In this document: positions 1-8,469 of the stretch, in pieces
How the letters are laid out: each line of letters begins with the position of its first letter
Numbering within the stretch: the first letter of the stretch is position 1
IMG/VR virus record: IMGVR_UViG_3300025971_000014
Coordinates: 1-55,132 of that record
Direction: 5' to 3' (one strand)
Source of the DNA: a virus
Lineage: Duplodnaviria; Caudoviricetes
DNA: 55,132 nt
Translations under genes and position numbers: made by a program
Notes under the pieces: model-generated
What the model saw: only the letters and a program-made list of their open reading frames with translations
Database searches by the model: none
What the model was told of the DNA's origin: nothing

Positions 1-20
1 GTTTACAAGCGTCGCGCGAA

Positions 21-518
21 TCAAACCGAACCACCCCCCGGCGGGTGTGCTCCCGGTTCGGGTGATGTGTCGTCCGACCCACGACGATTCGTGAGGACGG
101 CCGAGGCCGCGTAGCTTTCGCTGGAACGTAGGCTCGTACCGACCGGCCAGCCGTCGACGCCCGTGGCTGGGCGTGGCGTGGACTTGGCGTTGCCGAAGCC
201 TCCGTCCTGGTGCGCGGTCTTCCTGCTGTGGCATGGCGTGCACAGCGCCCTGAGGTTCGAGGCGTCGTCGTTATTCGGGTCGCCGTCGCGATGATCGACG
301 CAGCTGGAGGGGACGACCTGGCCCATGGCCATGTGGTCCTCGCACAGGGGATGCTCCCTCAGGTGCGCTGCCCGGAGCTCACGCCAAGCGATTCTTCCAT
401 ACTTGGGGTTGTGGGTAGAGCGGTCGGGATAGGGGTGTTTGGCGCAGCGACCTCGAACGACCAAGGTATTACAACCTGGATGCGTACAGATCCGAGCGGC
501 TAGGGCAGGCAAAACCAC
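21..518 (-). CDS. HNH endonuclease, packaging-associated (HK97 gp74-like)
   Basis: CTHPGC..RCAKH N-terminus, HPLCEDH..VDH.DGD..N..NLRALCTPCHSRKT core, GVDGWP tail; precedes TerS on the circular map. Confidence 0.88.
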   Translation of the reverse strand: MVLPALAARICTHPGCNTLVVRGRCAKHPYPDRSTHNPKYGRIAWRELRAAHLREHPLCEDHMAMGQVVPSSCVDHRDGDPNNDDASNLRALCTPCHSRKTAHQDGGFGNAKSTPRPATGVDGWPVGTSLRSSESYAASAVLTNRRGSDDTSPEPGAHPPGGGSV

Positions 519-540
519 CTCATCGTATTGATCCTCAAAG

Positions 541-566
541 AAAAAAGGCCCGCGCTGAGGCGGGCC
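541..566 (-). terminator. Intrinsic terminator downstream of the putative late promoter (tR'-like)
   Basis: Minus strand GGCCCGC-ctcagc-GCGGGCC followed by TTTTTT. Confidence 0.75.
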
Positions 567-616
567 AAACAGGGAGAGTTAGGGAATTTCAGGGACAATA
601 GTCCCTCGGGGGGAAA

Positions 617-645
617 ATTATAGGGCATTTTTCGCCAAGTGAAAA
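617..645 (-). promoter_or_regulatory. Putative sigma70 late promoter (pR'-like)
   Basis: Minus strand TTTTCA-N17-TATAAT pointing to HNH/TerS, about 50 nt before the terminator and downstream of a Q-like gene. Confidence 0.6.
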
Positions 646-660
646 GCCCCTCGCAATGTC

Positions 661-876
661 CTACATATCGGGGGCGTGCGGGGATAACACTGCCAACACA
701 AATACTGGAACATAGACAATAGCTACAAAGATTGCCCACCAATCATGCCCGTAATGGTTAAGAAAGACAACGGAGGTGAAAACGACTGGAAGCAAGACAT
801 AGGCAGTGAGTTGTGCTGCAAAGTGATGTACCTCGCAGGGACCCGTCCTCCATTTGCTGAACAATCGAATAATCAC
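661..876 (-). CDS. Small membrane protein, two predicted TM helices
   Basis: Two hydrophobic stretches; start overlaps the upstream stop. Confidence 0.55.
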   Translation of the reverse strand: MIIRLFSKWRTGPCEVHHFAAQLTAYVLLPVVFTSVVFLNHYGHDWWAIFVAIVYVPVFVLAVLSPHAPDM

Positions 877-1199
877 AGGATGCCCCTTTTCCTCAACCCG
901 TCAGCCACATGCAGGATGCCGACCTCGACTAAGGGCTGCAGTGCCACAGTGTAGAACCAACGCTCGCGCAGATACTCGGTCTTGATCGCAGCCTTTGGCA
1001 TGGGTGGAAGGTCTAGAATCACGGCGTTGGTGGCCTGTGCATCGATGGCGTCTCTCTCTTCGCATAGGCCCTCGAAGTCCTGGCCGTGGGAGTAGCCAGC
1101 CTCAAGTGACATCGCCCTAACGCAGAGCTCGGCGTATTGGCCGGAGCGCATATGCCGGGCCCAGTTGCGCAGATGCCAGTCGGCGCGGTCAGGGGTCAT
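873..1199 (-). CDS. Putative late-gene antiterminator/activator (Q-like position)
   Basis: LRNWAR..DAVILDLP-type sequence at the end of the nin-like region, just before promoter plus terminator; ATG at 1199 overlaps the upstream stop. Confidence 0.5.
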   Translation of the reverse strand: MTPDRADWHLRNWARHMRSGQYAELCVRAMSLEAGYSHGQDFEGLCEERDAIDAQATNAVILDLPPMPKAAIKTEYLRERWFYTVALQPLVEVGILHVADGLRKRGIL

Positions 1200-1399
1200 G
1201 ATATTTTCGTAGTTACGTAAGCGCCCGCTTCCGGAAGTTGAGGCAGCAAGACTTGTTCCCAATCATTGAATCGTGGAGCCAAGATTCCTGTGTCCGTGAT
1301 TCGCCACACAGTACCGTCGTCCGCAACTGCGATATATTCTTTGACCGTTGCTTCGTTATCACGTTTGCTGATGGAAATAATCTTACGCGCCCAATTCAT
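1196..1399 (-). CDS. Hypothetical protein
   Basis: Translationally coupled (ATGA) on both sides. Confidence 0.6.
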   Translation of the reverse strand: MNWARKIISISKRDNEATVKEYIAVADDGTVWRITDTGILAPRFNDWEQVLLPQLPEAGAYVTTKIS

Positions 1400-1662
1400 G
1401 CTAGAAACCTCCTCTTCGCATCTATAACATCATCCACAGATCGGATCGTCCATGCCTTAAGGCCGGCCTGGCGGAGTTTGCATTGAGCGGGCGTCAGTTT
1501 GCCATGCGTCTCGGGGTTTTTTATCTCCCAGATTTCCGTCACTTTTCCCCATTGTGCAATCACGTCACCTACTTCATTTATCTGGAATACCTTGAAACCA
1601 ATCTGCCGCGCCGCGTCGAGCAGTTGCGATTCATTATTATCCCTGCGCCGAGCGTATCGCAT
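1396..1662 (-). CDS. VRR-NUC/PD-(D/E)xK-like nuclease (Holliday junction resolvase-like)
   Basis: RRDNNE..I/L..GDVI..WEIKN..LTPAQ..IRSVDD motif order. Confidence 0.65.
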   Translation of the reverse strand: MRYARRRDNNESQLLDAARQIGFKVFQINEVGDVIAQWGKVTEIWEIKNPETHGKLTPAQCKLRQAGLKAWTIRSVDDVIDAKRRFLA

Positions 1663-2446
1663 TGTATCCCCACGTTGGCGTTCTAAGATGGCAGGCACGA
1701 CATAGTGTTCGCCCATTTGAAACATCAAGACGCAATTCTGGGTGAGTCGAGAACGGTTTTACATGATCTGCATCTAGTTTGCCTCCGCGTCTCCCGCAAT
1801 CAAGACACGTATAATCATCTCTGGAAAATACAGCTTTGCGCCACGCTGCATATTCTTTTGAATTACGAAATAGAATATTAGGCGCAGTAATTCCGCCGCG
1901 CCAGCGATGCGATTTAGCCCCAGATTGTCTGATGCTCCTAAAGTGACCCCTACAATCTTCAGAGCAGGTCTGATGTTTTCCGACAAAGATCATCCCGCAG
2001 ACAACACATGCCTTTGCAGGATATGCGCGTTCACGCCGAGCGGCCTTCGAGCATTCTGTTGAACAATGTGCTCGCTTGCCTCGACGATAGAAACCTCGCC
2101 TGCAATAGACGCACACCCTCATTTGCAGCGACAGAATTTTAGCTATGCGCGTACCATCAGGTTGTCTTCTGACTCGTGGTGTTTTTCTGACTCCGCGTTT
2201 AATGAATCGGCGCGCAATCTTGATTGTCTCTTTGGGGAGCGGGGATGACGAAAAGCATTTGAAAGAACAAAACTTGCTCAGCGCATGTCGTGGCTTAAAC
2301 TCAACGCCACACGTCATGCATGGTTTGCGGAAATGCTTAAGTTTCACGCAAGTCTCCGTATCGTCGCCTCCAGCAGCCGCAATTCGATCACGGCCTCGGT
2401 ATCTCGCGTTGGGCCGGCTTGTCTTGGCCACCGGGTACGTCGGCAA
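1637..2446 (-). CDS. HNH endonuclease with repeated CxxC..CS..C zinc-finger units (true start probably internal)
   Basis: Three CxxC/CSxxC modules, then WRKAVFSRDDYTCLDCG..DADHVKPF..NGRTLCRACH; lower GC than flanks. Confidence 0.85.
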   Translation of the reverse strand: MPTYPVAKTSRPNARYRGRDRIAAAGGDDTETCVKLKHFRKPCMTCGVEFKPRHALSKFCSFKCFSSSPLPKETIKIARRFIKRGVRKTPRVRRQPDGTRIAKILSLQMRVCVYCRRGFYRRGKRAHCSTECSKAARRERAYPAKACVVCGMIFVGKHQTCSEDCRGHFRSIRQSGAKSHRWRGGITAPNILFRNSKEYAAWRKAVFSRDDYTCLDCGRRGGKLDADHVKPFSTHPELRLDVSNGRTLCRACHLRTPTWGYNAIRSAQG

Positions 2447-2663
2447 AATCCGGCCGCGGCATCACCGGATCAGCGTTCTCCACCGTGAGACGCTTCAAAT
2501 CAAACCAGTGCTGCTCCGCCGGCTTCCCATCCTTGTCGAGCCCGGGATGGACCAGCCCCTGAACGCAGCCGTAAAGATCGAAGCAAAGCGAAGTGACTAT
2601 GCCCGAAAGCCCTGTAACCTTTTCCTTCACGCGACAACCCAGATATTGCATTTCGTTTCTCAT
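2388..2663 (-). CDS. Hypothetical phage protein
   Basis: LG..VKEKVTG..G.VT..L.GC..V.P..WFD pattern; coupled start. Confidence 0.7.
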   Translation of the reverse strand: MRNEMQYLGCRVKEKVTGLSGIVTSLCFDLYGCVQGLVHPGLDKDGKPAEQHWFDLKRLTVENADPVMPRPDFADVPGGQDKPAQREIPRP

Positions 2664-2929
2664 GACAACCTCCGTATAGTTTCAGCAATCAAGTGCGTCT
2701 CGTCGGTTCGGTAGCGCCTCTGGAACTCCCTGGCGCCGAGGGTGTGGAAGCCGTTCGGCCCGTTGTGATGGTCGGTACAAAGAGGACATACGAGCGTGTC
2801 ACTTCTGTGAGCGTTATCAAAACAGTGATGCACATGCGTCCTCTCGGTTTGCTTCAAGCCCATCTGCTGGCAGATCAAGCAGGGGAGCTGGGCGACACGG
2901 ACCATCCAGCGTTTACCGGCGACGCTCAT
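2660..2929 (-). CDS. Ref/DUF968-like His-Cys nuclease
   Basis: VAQLPCLIC..HVHH..PLCTDHH..GFH. Confidence 0.7.
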   Translation of the reverse strand: MSVAGKRWMVRVAQLPCLICQQMGLKQTERTHVHHCFDNAHRSDTLVCPLCTDHHNGPNGFHTLGAREFQRRYRTDETHLIAETIRRLS

Positions 2930-3114
2930 CCTTAACTCTTTTCGTATTCGACGTTGATGCTACGCAAGATGTGCTTGCCACCTGCTGGGGTTGATAGATC
3001 AATCCAAGACGTGTGTACATGCATAATGCGACGTCCCCACTTGGATTCAATTTCCGCGAGCAAGTTAAATATCATTTGATCCACATCATCGGTATTCGGG
3101 TTCATCGATTTCTC

Positions 3115-3444
3115 CTAGACTAATCCAGCGCCCCATCTGCTTCCCCTTCCGTGGACGATGCGGCCGGCGACGCGGAAGTCTCCCGCAGGCGTCTCCCGTT
3201 TCACCACCTGGCGGGTGAGTCTCCAGATCATGACGTAGCCCGAACCCCATTTACGGTATTTCTTCCGGCGACCCAAGCCTTCGATCCTTCCCGCTACCCG
3301 AAGCGCGGTGAGGTTGTTGGAGATCGTTGAGTAGGGAAGCCTCAACTTCTCGATCAGCTCGTCGGTATCCAAGTCTCCATCAGCCAAAGCGGCGAGGATC
3401 TTCTGGTTCGTGGGATTGTGTGGGTCGTTGCTCATGGTCTGCAC
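3115..3444 (-). CDS. Winged helix-turn-helix DNA-binding protein
   Basis: ILAALADG..DELIEKL..STISNNLTALR..GRI. Confidence 0.65.
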   Translation of the reverse strand: MQTMSNDPHNPTNQKILAALADGDLDTDELIEKLRLPYSTISNNLTALRVAGRIEGLGRRKKYRKWGSGYVMIWRLTRQVVKRETPAGDFRVAGRIVHGRGSRWGAGLV

Positions 3445-4415
3445 TCCATGTAAGCCCTCACGAACTCCGCTGCGACTTGCGGGACGATCGCGTTGCCGTA
3501 GGCGCGCAGGCGTCCCACTCGGGCGGAAGCCCCATGAGCCAGCGGGAATGTGCCGGGTTCAACTGGCCGCGCTTTTCCGTCGATGCAGGGGAGCCAGTGG
3601 GCGTCGGACCAGAAGCCGTTGACAGCACTTGGCGCGGCAGCCCTTCGCCTCCAGCATGGCCCGGATACTCGCCCTTCCCGTCCCTGCTGCTCGGCGTCGC
3701 CCACGTCGCCAATAACACTTGGTTGCTCAAGTCGTGCGGAGAGTAGTGGTGATCGGCTTCCGTGTTGCCCCTCATCGTTACGTCGTGCGTCTGCGGGGTG
3801 ATCCACGGTGCCGCCAGCAGTGCCGCCGATTGTAGATCGCCCCCGCCGCTCTCCGTCCTGCCGAGTTCCTGCTTTCTCTCCGCGCTCTCCGGTGCGCCCG
3901 TAGGTGTTCTCGGCGTGGGCCACGAAGTAAATCCGGTTCCTGATGTGCGGCGCCCCGAAGCCCGCAGCGCAGGTATCGACCGCCCCGACGGCGTAACCCG
4001 CTGCTTCCAGGTCAGCGCAAACAAAGTCGAGCCAAGCAAGTCCGTCCGCGCTTGCAACCTGCTCGCCAAAGATAACGTCAGGTCCGCGCTCGTCAATGAG
4101 CCTTTCCCAGTGCGGCCAGAGATGGCGCTCATCACCGAATCCAGCCGCGCGCCCCGCGCTAGAGAAGGGCTGGCAGGGGCAGCTCCCGGTCCAGACTCTA
4201 CGGTCATCGGGCCATTTGGCGAGCCGCAAGGAGTAGGACCAGACTCCGATGCCGGCGAAGAAGTGGCATTGGTCGAATCCTCGGAGATCGTCTCCCCGAA
4301 CATCGACAATTGACCGCTCATCGACTTCTCCTGGAGCGATGTGTCCTGCGGCGATGAGGTTGCGGAGCCAGGCGGTGCAGTAGGGATCGATTTCATTGTA
4401 GTAGGCATGGCTCAC
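3432..4415 (-). CDS. DNA (cytosine-C5) methyltransferase, alpha polypeptide
   Basis: Motif I FFAGIG, motif [11 protein letters not shown], motif VI GEQV, motif VIII PHIRNR, motif [13 protein letters not shown]; no motif IX in this frame. Confidence 0.92.
   Translation of the reverse strand: MSHAYYNEIDPYCTAWLRNLIAAGHIAPGEVDERSIVDVRGDDLRGFDQCHFFAGIGVWSYSLRLAKWPDDRRVWTGSCPCQPFSSAGRAAGFGDERHLWPHWERLIDERGPDVIFGEQVASADGLAWLDFVCADLEAAGYAVGAVDTCAAGFGAPHIRNRIYFVAHAENTYGRTGERGEKAGTRQDGERRGRSTIGGTAGGTVDHPADARRNDEGQHGSRSPLLSARLEQPSVIGDVGDAEQQGREGRVSGPCWRRRAAAPSAVNGFWSDAHWLPCIDGKARPVEPGTFPLAHGASARVGRLRAYGNAIVPQVAAEFVRAYMECRP
3458..4321 (-). CDS. Overlapping-frame beta polypeptide of the C5 methyltransferase (motif IX plus WxTP repeats)
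   Basis: Open frame on the same strand; AGGAG 6 nt before ATG at 4321; ends with [18 protein letters not shown]. Confidence 0.72.
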   Translation of the reverse strand: MSGQLSMFGETISEDSTNATSSPASESGPTPCGSPNGPMTVESGPGAAPASPSLARGARLDSVMSAISGRTGKGSLTSADLTLSLASRLQARTDLLGSTLFALTWKQRVTPSGRSIPALRASGRRTSGTGFTSWPTPRTPTGAPESAERKQELGRTESGGGDLQSAALLAAPWITPQTHDVTMRGNTEADHHYSPHDLSNQVLLATWATPSSRDGKGEYPGHAGGEGLPRQVLSTASGPTPTGSPASTEKRGQLNPAHSRWLMGLPPEWDACAPTATRSSRKSQRSS

Positions 4416-4587
4416 GGTCCCTCCGTCCTCGCCGGATGCGCCCTATCCCACGCCGCCTCGGCTGCCTTCGTGGCGAGCTCGGGCCATATCCGCCGGCGGC
4501 AAGCATCAACGACCTCGAAGGGGTCCTCGGCCTCCACGGAGAGGACGACGGTCTCGAGGCCGGAGCGGTAGGTGATGCGGACTTCGT

Positions 4588-5640
4588 TCATAGCATCAGC
4601 CCTTGTTGCGCGGTACGCCTATCTTGCAACTCGGCGTATTGGGGATTGAGTTCGCAACCGAGCCATCTGCGCCCCAAGTCCTGCGCTACCTGCCCCGTAG
4701 TACCGCTGCCCATGAAAGGATCGAGCACGATGTCGCCGGGTTTGGAGCTGGCGAGGATGCACGGCTCGATCAGCGCGGGCGGGAAGGTGGCGAAGTGGGC
4801 GTCGGCGTAAGGCTGAGTGGTGACGGTCCAGACGCTGCGCTTGTTGCGCTCTGACACTGGCAGACTGCAAGCCTCAGAAAATGACGCATTCTGTTTGCTG
4901 CCTATCGCGTTGAGAGCGGCTTTCGGATTAACGCCGGGAGCGCGTCCGACGGCTTTCATCTTTCCGTTCGTTTTACCGCCAGCATGTGCGCGTGCGCTCC
5001 CGACCTGCGCCGCGACATCTTGAGACAACCTCGCATGGGTATTGGCGCTGACCGGCTCGAGGATCGCGTCAGCGTCGTAGTAGTACCGTTCCCGCTTCGA
5101 GAGCAGGAACAGGTATTCGTGGCTCTTGGTGCAGCGGTCGCGCACCGATTCTGGCATCGGATTGGGCTTCGACCAGATGATGTCCTGACGCAGATACCAG
5201 CCGTCGGCCTGAAGGGCGAAGGCGACACGCCAAGGGATGCCTACGAGGTCTTTGGGTTTGAGGCCGGATTCAATGCGCCTACGTTCGCCGGTTTCGTTCG
5301 CTCGCCGACCCTTCGTGTCAGGAGATGTGAACCCGGCCAATGTGGATTTCTCCGAATAGCCACCATTGCCGCTGGTCGTGCTGGCATAACTATCCCCGAG
5401 ATTCAGCCACAGCGTCCCATCATCGGCCAGCAACTTGCGCACCAGCCGGAACACTCCGACGATGTTATCGACGTATTCCTGCGGGGTTTTCTCCAGCCCG
5501 AGCTGCCCGACCACACCGTAGTCGCGCAGGCCCCAGTACGGCGGGCTCGTCACGCACATCTGAACTTTCACACCTTCGTCGATCCAGCGGCGCATGATTT
5601 CGCGGCAGTCGCCGACCTCGCAATGGTTCGGCTCGTTCAT
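4588..5640 (-). CDS. DNA amino-methyltransferase, beta class (N4-C/N6-A)
   Basis: TSPPY catalytic motif at the N-terminus; HFATFP and LDPFMGSGTT SAM motif at the C-terminus. Confidence 0.93.
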   Translation of the reverse strand: MNEPNHCEVGDCREIMRRWIDEGVKVQMCVTSPPYWGLRDYGVVGQLGLEKTPQEYVDNIVGVFRLVRKLLADDGTLWLNLGDSYASTTSGNGGYSEKSTLAGFTSPDTKGRRANETGERRRIESGLKPKDLVGIPWRVAFALQADGWYLRQDIIWSKPNPMPESVRDRCTKSHEYLFLLSKRERYYYDADAILEPVSANTHARLSQDVAAQVGSARAHAGGKTNGKMKAVGRAPGVNPKAALNAIGSKQNASFSEACSLPVSERNKRSVWTVTTQPYADAHFATFPPALIEPCILASSKPGDIVLDPFMGSGTTGQVAQDLGRRWLGCELNPQYAELQDRRTAQQGLML

Positions 5641-5825
5641 CCCTCGCTCCCAGGTTCCCACGGCAAGTCATCTTCCATGTCGGCGAAGGCCGACGCGCCC
5701 ACTCTCCGCGCTACGGCTTCTTCCGGAGGCGCGATCTTGTCGTAGAGCCTAGTTGCGCGGGCTTTCTCCAAAGCTGGACCGCGGAGACCTTGAACCACGG
5801 CGATGACGGCGGAGCTGATCTTCAT
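5637..5825 (-). CDS. Hypothetical protein
   Basis: ATG at 5825 overlaps the upstream stop; ends with acidic EDDLPW. Confidence 0.55.
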   Translation of the reverse strand: MKISSAVIAVVQGLRGPALEKARATRLYDKIAPPEEAVARRVGASAFADMEDDLPWEPGSEG

Positions 5826-6247
5826 CGCACCCGCTCCGCGAAGGCGTGGAGATGAGCCTTGCAATACCGGAGCCCGTCGCGCTCCTCCACCGCCCCGGAC
5901 TCGCAACGAGGAGCGGCGCCGCGCGAGCCGTTCAGGTTCCACATGCACTGGCCGAGGACAGAGCTTTTCAAATTGGTGCCATGCTTCGCCTGTTCGGAGG
6001 AAAGCCAGTTCGAAATGAATGCACCCATACCACGTCGAGTCTTGCGCCGGTGAGCATTAAGCATGAGCCATGCACGCATCTCTCGCAACGTCTGTTGCAC
6101 GTTAACCGCCGGATACAGCGGATCGAGGTCATTCACCATTTTCTCACTCACCTCAAATTCTGAGCCGTTTCGCATTGGTAGCGTAATGAAGACTTCAGGC
6201 TTGGACATCTCACCTCCGAAGAGGTATCCAGTACCGTTGATCTTCAT
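5822..6247 (-). CDS. Small protein resembling the C-terminal domain of phage replication initiators
   Basis: LYPAVNVQQTLREMRAWL..N..RRKT..FISNWLS pattern; no N-terminal HTH or iteron region. Confidence 0.6.
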   Translation of the reverse strand: MKINGTGYLFGGEMSKPEVFITLPMRNGSEFEVSEKMVNDLDPLYPAVNVQQTLREMRAWLMLNAHRRKTRRGMGAFISNWLSSEQAKHGTNLKSSVLGQCMWNLNGSRGAAPRCESGAVEERDGLRYCKAHLHAFAERVR

Positions 6248-6273
6248 GGGTTGGTTCTCAAGTCTATGCCCTG

Positions 6274-6462
6274 TGGTGGGCGCACCTAGCCTTAGCCCGA
6301 GCTAACGGTGCGCCCTTCAGCCGTGCCCATAGTGGAGCCGCGGCACCCGCCAGCCTTTTCGGGGAGTGGCTGCTAGCTTCGCCGGCCACCTGTGCGGTGT
6401 TTCACCCCTGCCCACCAGTACCGCTACTTACCCGCGCACGCTGTCGTCAATCACCCGTGCGC
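6274..6462. other. Multi-hairpin structured non-coding element (ncRNA or origin candidate)
   Basis: Inverted repeats TGGTGGGC/GCCCACCA, GGGCGCACC/GGTGCGCCC, GTGGC/GCCAC, GGTG/CACC and GCGCACG/CGTGCGC in an ORF-free gap. Confidence 0.55.
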
Positions 6463-6476
6463 AGATATTCATTCGA

Positions 6477-6827
6477 TCAAGGCGGATACCACCAGAGCTT
6501 AACCAGCTCCTTGTATTCATCCTCTGAAATGATTTGAGCAATTCCATTCGCACCGCATTGTTGAAATTGAATCTTTCCGCTTTTCATGCGGCGCAAAATC
6601 CATACGGTGCAATTGCGTTTAGTCGCGATCCCGTGTAGTGCCTGCCATTGGGCGTCCTCCAGCTTCTCTTCTTCTTCCTTGAACTCTCTGATGAGAAAAC
6701 GGTTGCCGTTGCGATCATGGCTTACGCCATCAAAGTCGGTGAATGAACTGCCGCGCTTGCCGATTCCATCTTCCAACGTATCGAAATAATTGGAGATAGC
6801 ATCCTTGTGTTTTCGATATTGCGTCAC
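6477..6827 (-). CDS. Hypothetical protein, possible PD-(D/E)xK nuclease fold
   Basis: TDFDGV..IREFK..Q..AL; low GC. Confidence 0.55.
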   Translation of the reverse strand: MTQYRKHKDAISNYFDTLEDGIGKRGSSFTDFDGVSHDRNGNRFLIREFKEEEEKLEDAQWQALHGIATKRNCTVWILRRMKSGKIQFQQCGANGIAQIISEDEYKELVKLWWYPP

Positions 6828-7726
6828 CTGATGAACCCGAATCGTTTAAATACATCAGCAAAACGGTCGCCATTGTCGCCACAGTAGAAAAACGTCTGGC
6901 CTTGCGTCGGGGCACACGGATCGCCGTCCTCATCTACGAAGGCAATGCGGCCTTTCGTGAAGCAAAGCTGCGCTGCGATTTCTTCCAATCTGTGAAACCA
7001 GAGGGTATCCGTGGAATTGTGAGTGAGGACGATGGCCTCGGTGACGCGCCCGCTTGTTGCCTCTTCGATCAACTTCTCGATGAAGAGATAAATCAGCGGT
7101 TGCGCGTAAGGCGGATTCAACCAGACGCGGCCATGCCACATCTGCTTGAGTCCGTCCTGCTTGGCAGTGAAATAGGTCGTTGCCCCGACAAGTTTCTGTC
7201 CAGCCTCAGTGGACGCCGGATCTAAATCTATTCCACCCATGACCTCTACAGCAGCAGCGATATATGGTACTGGGGTATACCACTCATTAATTCCTGTACC
7301 CAATGCACCATGATTCGCTTCGGGTTCAAGGCCAGCACCTCGGAACGTTTTCACACCCAATCGCTGTCGATATTTCTTCTCGTCTCGGAGCCATTTGCGC
7401 CAACGAGATATCTGCTGTTTCGTTACCTTGAGTTTTGCTTCAGCATCAGATGAAAGCATTGTCCGCGTCCCTGGATAATGCTTTTTCGTCTGTCGATCAC
7501 CACCCGCGCGCTGAACATTCAAATCCCACCATGCGATGATTTGGTGTTCCCATTGGATAAGTTCTTCGACTGCATTCCAGAAGGATTCCCATTCTTTCAT
7601 GCGTCTTGCCGTTTGCATCGCGGCAGTTAATGCCCCAAGTCGCACACCGGCACCATCAGGCTTGAATTGTTGAAGCTCGCCGCGATTGCGGCGAAGGGCG
7701 GGAACTGCGGGTGTTTCTTCTTTCAA
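6824..7726 (-). CDS. Phage-type DNA N6-adenine methyltransferase (Dam-like) with N-terminal extension
   Basis: EWYTP, DLDPAS, DGLKQ.W..VWLNPPY, GRIAF motifs. Confidence 0.9.
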   Translation of the reverse strand: MKEETPAVPALRRNRGELQQFKPDGAGVRLGALTAAMQTARRMKEWESFWNAVEELIQWEHQIIAWWDLNVQRAGGDRQTKKHYPGTRTMLSSDAEAKLKVTKQQISRWRKWLRDEKKYRQRLGVKTFRGAGLEPEANHGALGTGINEWYTPVPYIAAAVEVMGGIDLDPASTEAGQKLVGATTYFTAKQDGLKQMWHGRVWLNPPYAQPLIYLFIEKLIEEATSGRVTEAIVLTHNSTDTLWFHRLEEIAAQLCFTKGRIAFVDEDGDPCAPTQGQTFFYCGDNGDRFADVFKRFGFIR

Positions 7727-7918
7727 TGCGACTCCCTAAAAAGAAAGCGTCCACCGCGCCTCGCCGCCGGGCAGGGAGGAACCCGGAGATCGGCTCGCTT
7801 GCGTCGGTAGCGAACCGAACGCAGCGGACAAGAGAATCATATTCTATTCGCCGCTGTTCAGCAAATCCAGATCAGCGGGGTTAACCGCTCGCCGCGACGC
7901 AGGGCTTCGAGGATGGCG

Positions 7919-8098
7919 TCACACTGGCTTGCCATTCTTACCCTTCTTGGGCTTGGTCATGGCCTTGTAGCGCGACCAGCGGGCGATTGCGGCTTCCCGG
8001 GCGATCTGACGCCGACGGAAGGGAGAGAGGGCCAAGGCGCGCGCCCTGCCGCCCTTACGCTGACTCTGGAGGCTGATTCTATAGGGGGGTTCGGGCAT
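7919..8098 (-). CDS. 59-aa basic protein with KGGxARAxxLSxxxRxxIARxAAxARW motif (below the ORF-track cutoff)
   Basis: Hand translation MPEPPYRISLQSQRKGGRARALALSPFRRRQIAREAAIARWSRYKAMTKPKKGKNGKPV; ATG at the predicted +1 of the leftward promoter. Confidence 0.75.
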   Translation of the reverse strand: MPEPPYRISLQSQRKGGRARALALSPFRRRQIAREAAIARWSRYKAMTKPKKGKNGKPV

Positions 8099-8105
8099 GT
8101 GGCGT

Positions 8106-8134
8106 AATATAAGGGATAATTCCGGCTATTGCAA
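8106..8134 (-). promoter_or_regulatory. Leftward early sigma70 promoter
   Basis: TTGCAA-N17-TATATT at the strand divergence point. Confidence 0.7.
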
Positions 8135-8141
8135 GTAGTGC

Positions 8142-8170
8142 TTGCTTTTATTGTAAGCATGGCGCATACT
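8142..8170 (+). promoter_or_regulatory. Rightward early sigma70 promoter
   Basis: TTGCTT-N17-CATACT, followed by GGAG and ATG at 8201. Confidence 0.7.
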
Positions 8171-8200
8171 TCCTCCCGTAGTCAACCACAGGAGAGCGAG

Positions 8201-8410
8201 ATGAAAGTCTTAACGGCCCCCGAACTTCTGGCCTTCCTTAAGGCCGAAGGCGGGAAACTGTTCGTTACCGAGTTCACCGAGGTCGCGGCAAAGGAACTTG
8301 CTGCCACTGGTGCCGTTGTCTTGGGGGAACACAGAACCAAACATGGCGGAAAAAAGAAAGGTGTTTTTTCGGGATTCGTTACCGTCAGGAAAACAGTCAC
8401 CTTGGCGTGA
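8201..8410 (+). CDS. Hypothetical protein, first rightward early gene
   Basis: AGGAG RBS; followed by hairpin GATGCCTCGC-TT-GCGGGGCATC. Confidence 0.7.
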   Translation: MKVLTAPELLAFLKAEGGKLFVTEFTEVAAKELAATGAVVLGEHRTKHGGKKKGVFSGFVTVRKTVTLA

Positions 8411-8469
8411 CCTCTTGATGCCTCGCTTGCGGGGCATCTGGAGACTCATTCAATCTCAATGGAGGGAAC

